A DNA stretch of 64,000 nt from Octopus sinensis (Eukaryota). Under the pieces are notes generated by a model. That model saw only the letters and a list, made by a program, of their open reading frames with translations, did not search any database and was not told where the DNA came from. Positions within the stretch are counted from its first letter, which is position 1, and the number at the start of each line of letters is the position of its first letter. A program made the position numbers and the translations under genes. The stretch lies in assembly GCF_006345805.1 (NCBI RefSeq), contig NC_042999.1, positions 19,406,001 to 19,470,000 on the forward strand. The letters run 5' to 3'. Positions 11,025 to 22,023 of this stretch are shown piece after piece.

Positions 11025-12057
11025 TCCTTGATTAAGACCAGCATGTGAATGAACAGTAACAGAAATATTAGTACTTTATTTGTCGACCCAGAAGAATGAA
11101 AAGTAAAGTTGACTTTGATGGGATTTGAACTCAGTGTGCAACGAACCACATCAGACAAAGTATTTCATCTGATGTAGTAACAGCGCAACAAATTTGCCAC
11201 CTTAGCTTTAGGCAACAAAAAAAGCAGAGCAAAACAAAATCTAGTTGATCACAGGCTTGAACTCCTTTAGACTGAGATCTACTCCATCAGAGCCGATCTG
11301 AAGCCAAATAATAAGCCTGCACTAGGAATGCACAGCAGTAGACAATATTGTACAGCACTTCAAAGCACCACACAGCACTACACAGTACTACAAAGTACCT
11401 CACAGTCAGTACTACGCATCATCGTCCACTTGTAGCGTGTGGTATGATGTATGAGGACCTACTGATATGTGGATCAACATATAGATGTTTGACTGATTAC
11501 TTCTGAGACAAAGGCCTGCCTAACCAGAATGACCTGTAAGCTACAGAATAACAACTACACCTAACCCTTACCTCCCTTCTTCTCTTCTCTATTTCCTCCT
11601 CTCTCTCTCTCTCTCCTCTCTCTCTCTTTTCTTCTCTTTCTAGTTCTCTTTCCTCTCCATCTTTCTCTTATATCGTTCCTGGCTTTTCTAGCAGCCAGCT
11701 TACACCACCGCTGCTGTTTCTGATTCGACTACTGCTTTCTGCCGTTTCTCATATTGATTTTCTTCATTCACACAATGGTTCATTCAATTTTCTTTTAAAC
11801 TCTGTATAACCTTGGTTTATCAACACTGGAAGTCACAAGCCAAGGAGTGAACGACTTAATAGTTACTCGACCAGCTAGAAATAGCAACCAAACCTGCCGC
11901 AATCGCACGTTATGTTCTTCAGAAATATGGACACAAATGATGTTCTGGGTCCTTTGCATAGCAAGAAACTAGATAAATGGTGACATATAGAATGCTTTTG
12001 ACCATTAGGTCTGCTTGATCAGGACTAGGTTGGAATTAAAAAGCAACAACAATATTG

Positions 12058-12270
12058 TTTTCTACTCTAGGCACAAGGCCCGAAATTTTTGGAGAGGGGG
12101 CCCAGTCGATTAGATCGACCCCAGTATGCAACTGATACTTAATTTATCAACCCTGAAAGGATGAAAGGCAAAGTCGACCACGACGGAATTTGAACTCAGA
12201 ACGTAAAGACAGACGAAACACTGCTAAGCATTTCGCCCGGCGTGCTAACGTTTCTGCCAGATCGCCACCT
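12058..12270 (-). mobile_element. SINE family A with alternative tail (GGGCCTTGTGCCTAGAGTAGAAA)
   Basis: Same head and body as family A but a different 3' end; also seen at 15640-15822 and in decayed copies at about 3235, 33230, 52670 and 57545. Confidence 0.85.
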
Positions 12271-13227
12271 TAAAGCAACAACAATATTAACAACAACACA
12301 ACAAAAACAATAGCAAAACAACAATTACAGCAACAATAAGAAAAACAAAAATATCAACAACAACGACAACGACAACACAAGAAGTCAATTCTTCGGAGAC
12401 TGACTTCTTGATCTTGAAGAACATAAAGATCGAAAACGCCATCCTGGAAGACATTTAATCTGAAGTTCTGCTGTTTCTGGTATCATTCCATTGCTTTTTG
12501 CTTCTGTTTCCTTATGTCGGTACACCAAGCACCACCCCATAATTGCCAATACTATCTGTTCTAGATAACACGATCTCGTGTCATAAGTAAATCAGAAATT
12601 AAGCACATACTTAGGATCCATGGTTCCACCACCACCATCACCACCACTGCTATCACTATTATATTGTTGTTGTTGATGGTGTTGCTGTTAAACCCTAGGT
12701 TAACCCTATTTAGGCATATATTTGATCAAAGGAGTATCAACCACAACTAATTTGTCCTTTACATTTTTAGATACTTAAAGCTGTTATCCAATATGGCTTT
12801 TCAGAATTTAATATGGTGGAGTAGATATTTGGTTGCATTTTCTAACAGCCTCAAAGCTCTGAGATCAACGTTGTATACAGGAGTCGATGAAATTGACTAA
12901 TCCAATCAACAAAGAAACTTCAGATGTTGTGCCCTTAGCAAAAAGAATTGTTATTGTTTTTGATTATTCCCCAATCAACACTGACCAACTACATCCAGAA
13001 AAGGTTCCAGTCAAGTACTGGGGTTGTCAGTATTGAGTAAACTCTTCATCCTTTTAAAATTGTTCATTTTGTGCTTAAATCCGAAACCATGAAGGCGGAA
13101 AGCTAACAGAATCGTTGGAGCTTTGTAGTAGTTTTTAACTCTTTTCACTTTGCACAAAAACACCATCAATGATCAACTTTGCATTTCATCCTATTTAGAT
13201 CAACAGAATAAGCTACCAACAGAATAA

Positions 13228-13675
13228 GGCAGCTAGCTGGCAGAAACGTTAGCTCGCCGGGCGAAATGCTTAGCGGCATTTTGTCCGCCGCTACGTACTG
13301 AGTTCAAATTCCGCCAAGGTCGATTTTGCCTTTCATCCTTTCGGGGTCGATTAAACAAGTACCAGTTACGCACTGGAGTCGATATAATCGACTTAATCGA
13401 TTTGCCTGTCCTTGTTTGTCCCCTCTATGTTTAGCTCCTTGTGGACAGTAAAGAAATAAGAAACGTTAGCACGTCAGGTGAAATGCTGAGCAGTATTTCG
13501 TCTTCCGCTACGTTCTAAGTTCAAATTCCGCTGAGGTCGACTTTGCCTTTCATCCTTTCGGGGTCGATTAAACAAGTATCAGTTACGCACTGCGGTCGAT
13601 ATAATCTACTTAATCCGTTGTCTGTCCTTGTTTGACCTCTCTGTGTTTAGTCCCTTGTGGGTAGTAAAGAAATAT
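13228..13675 (+). mobile_element. SINE family A tandem dimer
   Basis: Two head-to-tail copies; the second is 5' truncated. Confidence 0.85.
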
Positions 13676-14704
13676 GAATAAGCTACCAATCACGTCCTGA
13701 TGTCAGTGGTAACACCTAAACTCATTGCCTAAATTACTGGGATTACGTTTAACATATAAACAATTATTAATGAATCTAACAGAGTTGGTGGTATTTAGTT
13801 ATAGCCCTTTACGTTCTGAGTTCAAATCCTGCCGCAGTTAACTTCGCCTTTTGTCCTTGCAAGGTCAGTAAAATAAATTATCAATCAAGAACTAGAATCA
13901 ATATAATTTTTTACTATCTCCATCTAAATACGTTAAAAACTATCATTATTATTATTGCTGTTGTTGTTATTGATATATTTATTATTGAGTGAGAGAGCAG
14001 TGCATGTCATCAAAGTGACACTGGGGTAAAATATACGAAGCCCAGTATACCCATCATGACTACCCGTCTGATAAGGGTACACCAGGCCCATGCTTCACAA
14101 ACATATGTGCGCGACATGGTGATCTCATATCAAGATAAACAGCGCATGACCTTGCAGGCGGGGCTCAGTTAGAATTTTCTTTTTGTTATTATGATTATTA
14201 TTATTATTATTATTGGTCGGGAGGGGCAGACAATTCTTATTTGTCTGGTCACTGTAGCAAAAGAGGTAGTATGGTGGACACCTTTGAAAGGGTTAAAGAG
14301 ACACACTTTTCGCTTTGGCCAAGCCCTCATAAACTTTTTCAAGTTTCACTTGAAAAAAAAAGTTGGGGTGGAGAGGGAAGCGTTGCTTTCTAGCAAAATT
14401 TGTTGCAAGTTGGGTGAATGTCGGCAAAATGGCCAGTGTAAAAGGACCCATTTTGAGTATGCGCCAGTCAAAAATAAAAGAAGGGCTCTTGCCCTGCTGG
14501 TCAGGCACTCACGGCTTTTGTGGGTTTTTCCACGAGTAGCCTTAAAGCACCTCCCCCTACTGGGAGTTTTAATTGTTTAATTTTGTTTGTTATTTTATTT
14601 AGACAATTTTTAAAACCCTTCATATCGACCTCTTTTGTCATTTCATGTTGTTTTATGTAAGGCCCTTGTGGCCAATAAGAATATTAATTATTATTATTAT
14701 CCGA

Positions 14705-14959
14705 TAAGAGCGCGGGCTACTAACCCTTGGTTTCTAAGTTCAATCCCAAGCAGGGACTTCAGAAAGAATATCAACCATAAAATAACATCAGCAAAAAATA
14801 CCTTAGGAATGAGAACAAAGTAATCTATTAGTCAAATAAAGGGTTGGGTTCAAAATTCCACCAGAACACCTGATGAGGGCTGGAGAATACATCAGCTGAA
14901 ACGTTGTGGTAACAACAAACCAGATGAGGATACCTATCCATCCATTATAAATAATGTAC
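14705..14959 (+). mobile_element. SINE family E copy 1 (tRNA head + linker + hammerhead tail)
   Basis: Partial tRNA head GGGCTACTAACCC..GTTCAATCC; hammerhead at 14865-14910 (CUGAUGA 14870-14876, GAAAC 14898-14902, ACGU, GUU). Confidence 0.8.
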
Positions 14960-15277
14960 TTGAAGTATACCGACAGTTCAAAATAGAAAACAGTAAGCTT
15001 AGGCTTTTATTTGCTTCCAATTCGACCAGTCTTAGAAAACAATATACTATTTTAATCTATACTTATTCAGTAGGATACAGCATACACTATTAATATCCAG
15101 TACAAGTCGACATACTCAAACAAAAGAAGTGTCTACATATATTTAAACAAAGGAACCAATATATTCTCATTTTTACTTTATGTTTAATATTCAAAGAACA
15201 CTTTATTATAATTTGAATGCACAAAGTCAGAGGAAACGGGTTCAAATTCTATGGTTATTTTAGGTAATCAGACGACT

Positions 15278-15444
15278 GTACATTATTTACATTGTTTACA
15301 TAATTTATATTTGACGCATATTTGTCCTCATCTTGTTCGTTGTTAACACAACGTTTCGGCTGATATACCCTCCAGTTTCATCAGGTGTCTTGAGGAAATT
15401 TCGAACCCGAGTTCTCATTCTTAAGGTATTTTTCGATGTTGTTG

Positions 15445-15479
<35 letters not shown>

Positions 15480-15566
15480 GTTGTTGTTCAGGTCACTGCC
15501 TGGAATCGAACTCGAAATCTTGGTATTAGTAGCCCGTGCTCTTAACCAGTACACCATATGCACGGG
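15278..15566 (-). mobile_element. SINE family E copy 2
   Basis: A-box-like TGGTGTACTGG, B-box GTTCGATTCC, (AAT)n, and hammerhead at 15345-15389. Confidence 0.85.
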
Positions 15567-15639
15567 CAACACCTTTTAGTAATATCGTATAACAACACCC
15601 TGTTGAAATATCAGCATCATATGACGATATTCATTTACT

Positions 15640-15822
15640 TTTTATTCTAGGCACAAGGTCCGAAATTTTGGGAGAGGGAGCCTGCCGATTAGATCGACCC
15701 AGTACGCAACAGGTACTTAATTTATCGACCTCGGCGGAATTTGAACTCACAACGTAACGGAAGACGAAATACCGCTAAGCATTTTGCCCAGCGTGCTAAC
15801 GTTTCTGCCAGCTCGCCACCTT
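15640..15822 (-). mobile_element. SINE family A, alternative tail, internal deletion
   Basis: Homologous to 12058-12270. Confidence 0.8.
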
Positions 15823-16329
15823 CATCATAAGACAACATTATCATATGGCAACACCATCATCATATAACAACATTACCATATCGTAACAACACCATATAAC
15901 CATTATCAGCATCATATAGCAACATTTTGTAACAACTCCAACAACATGAACAACATATAACAACATCATATTACAAAATGAGTATTGTACAACATATAAC
16001 AACAATACCATCATATTCTAAAAAAAAGTATAACACTCAGCATTATATAACAACAGGAACAATACATAACAACACCATATTGCAAAATGAACCATCATAC
16101 AAAAACATCATCATCATATTTTAATACCACACATTTGCTATTAGCATCACATAACAACACAATATTGTAACATTACGTAACAGCATTATTACAACATCAA
16201 TATAATATATAAACAATAACATCATCAATACACCGACATCATAGAATAACACAAACGTAGTATAGCGATATCATATAACAACATAATATTATACAGCAAT
16301 ATCACCGTCATACAGCAACACGAATATCA

Positions 16330-16420
16330 TATTACTACACCTTGTAACAGTATCAACATGATATAACAGCACCATATAGTCACTACCACCACCACCACCA
16401 TCACCACCACTATCACCAAC

Positions 16421-16451
<31 letters not shown>

Positions 16452-17110
16452 CAAACACCAACACCAACAACAATAACAACAACACCAACACCATCACCAC
16501 CACTACCACCACCAGCACCACTACTACTACTACTACCACCACCACTACAACACCACCACCACCACTACAACACCACCACCACCACTACTACCACCACTAC
16601 CACTACTACTACTACCACCACCACTACCACCACCACTACCACCACCACCACCACCACCACTACAACACCACCACCACCACCACTACCACCACTACCACTA
16701 CTACTACTACCACCACCACTACCAACACCACACCCCACTACTACTTCTACTACCACCACCCCACTACTACTACTACCACCACACTACCACCACCACCACC
16801 ACCGCCCACCACCACACCACCACTACACACCACCACCACCACCACTACCCCCACTACCACTACTACTACTACCACCACCACTACCACCACCACTACCACC
16901 ACCACCACCACCACCACTACAACACCACCACCACCACCACTACCACCACTACCACTACTACTACTACCACCACCACTACCAACACCACACCACCACTACT
17001 ACTTCTACTACCACCACCACCACTACTACTACTACCACCACCACTACCACCACCACCGCCGCCACCACCACCACCACCACTACCAACACCACCACCACCA
17101 CCACCACATA
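16330..17110. repeat. (CAC)n/(TAC)n/(CAA)n compound trinucleotide tract
   Basis: Direct inspection. Confidence 0.95.
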
Positions 17111-17599
17111 TAACAAAAATTATGACAGATCTGATATTACTTGCTCCACTGGAATTCTACACCACTACTACAGCTGCTGCTACTGCTGTTTCTGTTGTTG
17201 CTGTTGCTGTTACTAGTGTTGCTGCTGCATCTGCTGCTGCTGCAACTGTTGCTGCTGGTGTCACTGTTGATATTGCAACTGCTAATACAGTGTTGGAATG
17301 GATAATTAGGCTGGAAGGAAAAATGCAATTTTACTGAAATGGAATCAAAGAGAAAATTGAGTGGTTGGATGGTGGGGTGGGGTGGGGTGGGGTGGGGTGG
17401 GAGGGAGGAAGAGAAGCAAAATGGTGGTGGGGATGATGAGGGGAGGGGAGGGTGAGGTCGAGGGTGGAAGGTAGAGGTAGTAGTAAATTGGGGGAGAAGG
17501 AACCAAAACGAACTAGGGTGAGAAGAGGGGTGGGTGCAGTGTGAAAGGTAATATAGACAGAAATAAGATGGGTGGAGGAGAAAGTAATGGGAGAGATAG

Positions 17600-18180
17600 A
17601 GAAAGAGAAAGAGAGAGAGGGAGAGAGAGAGAAGGAGGCTCAGAGAGAGGGGGAGACAGAGAGAGGGAGGGAGGGATGAAGAGGGATGGAGAAAGAGACA
17701 GGAAGAGAGAGTAGAGGGGATGAAATGGATAGATTGAAGTGAGTTTGAGAATACTAAGGTATGACCAAGGAGTATTAGAAGGAGAGATGGGGAAAATATG
17801 ATAGAAAGAAGGAAAGAGAAAGAGAGAGAGAGAGAGGGGAAGAGAGAAAAAGAAAGTCAGTGTGGGAGAGAGAGAAAGCGAGAGAGAGAGAGAAAGAAAG
17901 TCAGTGAGGGGGAGAGGGAGAGAGAAAGAGAGAGAGAAAAAGAAAGTCAGTGAGGGAGAGGGAGAGAAAGAGAGAGAGGGAGAAAGAGAGAAAGAGAAAG
18001 AGAGAGAAAGAGAGAGAAAAAGAGAAGAGAAAGAAAGTCAGTGAGGGAGAGAGAGAAAGAGGGAGAAAGAGAGAGAGAAAGAGAGAAAGAGAAAGAGAGA
18101 GAGAGAAAGAGAGAGAGAGAAAGAAAGAGAGAGAGAAAGAGAAAGAGAGTGAAAGAGAAAGAGAGAGAGAGAGAGTAATA
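17600..18180. repeat. (GA)n/GAAA purine-rich tract
   Basis: Direct inspection; includes the recurring spacer AAAGAAAGTCAGTGAGGG. Confidence 0.9.
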
Positions 18181-18792
18181 GTGATGGCAAAAAGGATAGA
18201 TTAAAATAAGTTTGGGAATAGAGAGAAGTAATCATGAAGAGGTATAAGAACAGATGAAGAGAGGAAAGAGAGAGAGAGAGGAGAAATGTGATAGAAACAA
18301 AGAAAGAAAGAGAGAGAGAGAGGGGATGAGGGAGGAAGAAGATTTTGGGAAAAAGAACGAAGAGAAAGAGGTCTGAAGTTAAGAGATGTGTTCAGGAGAG
18401 ATGAAAGACCTCAGAGAAAAAGTATTGATTAGTATGGATTTCATAGTTGAATAAGGGGTTTGTGAGAAAATTGGAGAGAAAAAACATATTATGACCAAAG
18501 AAAATGAAAGATGAGAAGAGAAAGAAGTAAAGAAAAAGAGGAGAGAAAGAGAGAGAGAGAGGGAGAGGGGGGGAGAGAAATAAAATAGCAATGGAAGAGA
18601 AATAAAGATGGGAGAATAAGAATGATAAGAAAGATCAGAGAAAATGGTCTTAGAACAAGCGATTCTCAGCCTTTCTCCTGACATATGCTCCCTTGGTTTA
18701 ATGTTTCTTGCCATTTATTTCCCTTATTCACATGCAAATACAAACATGCCCACACATACACAGAAATACATATGCTTGTATGCATATGTGTA

Positions 18793-18857
<65 letters not shown>

Positions 18858-18920
18858 ATGTATTTATGTATGTATGTATGTGTGTAATATATATATTTAT
18901 ATATATATAAAACATTGTAT

Positions 18921-19240
18921 ATATAATGGTTGTATACTGTCAATCTAACAAGAACGTGACAGTAGGGGTACACTACCGTTATATAGCCCTAGGAGGCATC
19001 GAACGCATCCTGACAGCTTCGACACATTTTATCCTGTGTCCTTATATACACATACGTATATGTATGTGTATATAAGGACACAGGATAAAATGTGTCGAAG
19101 CTGTCAGGAGGCGTTCGATGCCTCCTAGGGCTATATAACGGTAGTGTACCCCCTACTGTCACGTTCTTGTTAGATTGACAGTATACAACCATTATATCGC
19201 TCCACCACCGTACACCTCTCTACGAGAGATTTAGAAACTC
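18921..19240. repeat. Fold-back element P3c (277 bp near-perfect palindrome 18921-19197 plus a homologous extension)
   Basis: No real spacer, about 3 differences between arms; flanked on both sides by TA-rich microsatellite. Confidence 0.9.
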
Positions 19241-19284
19241 AATATTTCTTACATTGTATATAGTTGTATAATAATGATATATAT

Positions 19285-19346
<62 letters not shown>

Positions 19347-19356
19347 CATAAATACA

Positions 19357-19394
<38 letters not shown>

Positions 19395-19435
19395 ATATAT
19401 ATGTATGTATATATGAATATATGTATATATATTGT

Positions 19436-19755
19436 GAAGGTACATGGCTCAGTGGTTAGAGCAGTGAGCTTACAATCGTGAGTTTGTGAGTTTGAATCCC
19501 GGACTGGGCTGTGTGTTGTGTTCTTGAGCAAGACACATTATCTCACGTTGTTCCAGTTCACTCAGCTGTAGAAATGAGTTGCGACGTTACAGGTGCCAAG
19601 CTGTATCGGCTCCTTTGCCTTTCCCTTGGATAACACTGGTGGCATTGAGAGGGAAGGCTGGTATGCATGAGCGACTGCTGGTCTTCCATAAACAACCTTG
19701 CCCGGACTTATACCTGGGAGGGTAACTTTCTAGGTGCAATCCCATGGTCAGTCAT
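19436..19755 (+). mobile_element. tRNA-derived SINE family D (CORE-like)
   Basis: TGGCTCAGTGG A-box, degenerate B-box and GTGTTCTTGAGCAAGACAC segment; second copy at 45239-45500. Confidence 0.8.
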
Positions 19756-19815
19756 AATTTGCCATGCTTTCTTTATATTCGCTCTGCTGTAATGTAACAC
19801 ACACACACATATATA

Positions 19816-21075
19816 TTGGATCATCCTATAAATAATGCAGTTTTTCAATTGCATGAACTAAAACTTGGGAGGGGACGGGATAAACTACCTGCATCAACTC
19901 GTTATCAAAGCAGGTAGTAAGTTTACACTTTTTCTTAGTGCATGTTTTGAAATGGGGGCAGTTCAATTTGAACTGTTATTTTCCCAAAGCTATAATGGAA
20001 GTGACAAAGGAGCATGTTCAGCATATTTTGCTTTATGATTTCAATAAAGGCAACAGTGCAATGCAAAGTGCGAGGAATATTAATGCAGTATATGGGGATC
20101 GGACAATAAGCATAAGCTAGTGTCAATAGTGATTCCAGAAATTCTGAGCCAGAAGCAGCCTAGAAAATGAGGCTTGTCTTGGAAGATCTGTAGAGCTCGA
20201 CAATCAACAAAGACATTCTGTAAACCCAGGTGGAACAAAACCCCATTCCATATGTTAAGGAACTAGCAGAGAAGCTAGGATTTGGTCATTCAGCCATTCA
20301 TCAACAGTTGTGTGTCATCAGAAAAGTCAGCAAATTTGTCAATGGGTTCTTCACAAACTTTCCGAGTCTAATCACATGCAGAAAGTGAATGTGTGCTCTT
20401 CTTTGTCATGTCTCACAAATTAACTGTTTTTTGAGTGAATAGTGACTGGTAAAAAGAAATGTGTTCTCTATAAAAATGCCAAGCACTGACAGCAGTGGGT
20501 AGGGAAAGGAGAAACACCAGTGCCTCAGGCTAAAGAAGATCGACACTCATGTAAGGTGTTGTTATCTGTCTGGTGGGATATGGAAAGTTTAGTTCACTTT
20601 GAACTTTTAAACCCAAACCAAATGTAAACAAAGGAGCAGCTTGAGCAGCTTAAGTCAGTACTGGAAATAAAAACCAACCATCTTTGGTCCATCAGGATAA
20701 TGCTTGGCCTCATACAGTGAGGATGACTTTTCAAAGGCTGGAACAGTTTGAATCGGAAATGATGCACCACCCACCATATTCATCGAATATTGCCCCATCT
20801 GAATATCATTTATTCTGCAGTCTTCAAAATCACTTGGACAGAAAAAATATGAATTCTGTAGATGAGGTCAGAACAGTACTGGAGGAGTAATTTTCATCAC
20901 AGACAAGTGAATTTTGGAAGAGGGGCCTTGCAAGTCTACCAGATAGATGGAAGAACAGTGTAGAAATTGAAAATTGAAGGAGGGTATATTTTAGATTAAA
21001 AAAGAAATTTGTTTATCTTAATTTAAAAAAATAAAAGAAGTTTAAAATAACTGCATTATTTATAGGATACCCCAA
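19816..21075 (+). mobile_element. Full-length decayed mariner (DD34D), 1260 bp
   Basis: About 27 bp TIRs (TTGGATCATCCTATAAATAATGCAGTT and its complement) with TA at both ends. Transposase pseudogene from ATG 19995: MEVTKEHVQHILLYDF, HQDNAWPHT, HPPYSSNIAPSEYHLF; 34 residues lie between the second and third catalytic positions. Confidence 0.95.
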
Positions 21076-21109
21076 TATATATATAAATATATATATATCT
21101 GAGAGAGAT

Positions 21110-21307
21110 CTTCTTTAAGTATTAGAAATAGCTGAAGAAATTTCTTTAGCTGCTATTTCTAATGAGTTCAGTATGTGGCAAAGTAATTTATTTTACTAAG
21201 CCCTTATATATAATGTAATATTTTGAATTCGCCTATAATGGTCCCTTTACATACTGAACACTTGGTGAAACTGATTAATAATTAATTAATTTTACCCTCA
21301 ATTGTTG

Positions 21308-21308
<1 letters not shown>
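21110..21308 (+). mobile_element. Diverged 3' end of PLE-like family P2, followed by (TA)n
   Basis: Homologous to 37658-37854. Confidence 0.8.
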
Positions 21309-21365
<57 letters not shown>

Positions 21366-21404
21366 ATATATTATATTATATATATATATGTATATTTGCA
21401 ATTG

Positions 21405-21439
<35 letters not shown>

Positions 21440-21441
<2 letters not shown>

Positions 21442-21925
21442 TTAATAAAACATATGCATATATATATACATATATGTACGTACCAACCTCTACGTGTATA
21501 TATACACGTATATATGGCTACAGGGCACCAAAACAACGTTGAACATAATGAGAAACGAAAACATAAACACAAAACCAAGGAACTGGACATTTTTCTTAAA
21601 CAACAAAAAATAGAGTACAGGACAGATAACACAAGGAAAATTCCCCTTCTTCAGTCGCCATGGTTTCATCTACTCTGCGTTTCGAAGGAGAAGGCGATAC
21701 GCATCTTCGATAGAAACTTTCCTTCCTGCGAAAAGCAAATCAAATAAAATTTGAGATCTTTTTGCAGAGGGGTAAAAACGGTAACAAAAACAGGACAGTA
21801 ACGACAGTTTTCGTTTCTCATTGTGTTCGACGTTTTTTAGGTGTCCTGTACCCATATATGCGTGTATATATACATGTAGAGGTAGGTACGTACATATATG
21901 TATATATATATGCATTGTTTTTATT
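21440..21925. repeat. Inverted-repeat element P5 (arms about 21440-21570 and 21808-21925)
   Basis: Arms roughly 85% identical around a ~240 bp spacer; bounded by (TA)n. Confidence 0.75.
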
Positions 21926-22023
21926 TATTAATATTTATATGACGGAAAGCACGCATCCATTTCTAAGTAAGATTGTTCTTGATATATATATATATATATA
22001 TATAATATATATATATATATATC

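Noticed and set aside
13985-14180. Unique segments next to (AAT)n tracts (also 40860-41080) that I recall as parts of one octopus repeat
   Set aside because: The two pieces do not overlap in this window, so the link rests on memory alone; it needs a BLAST/Dfam search.
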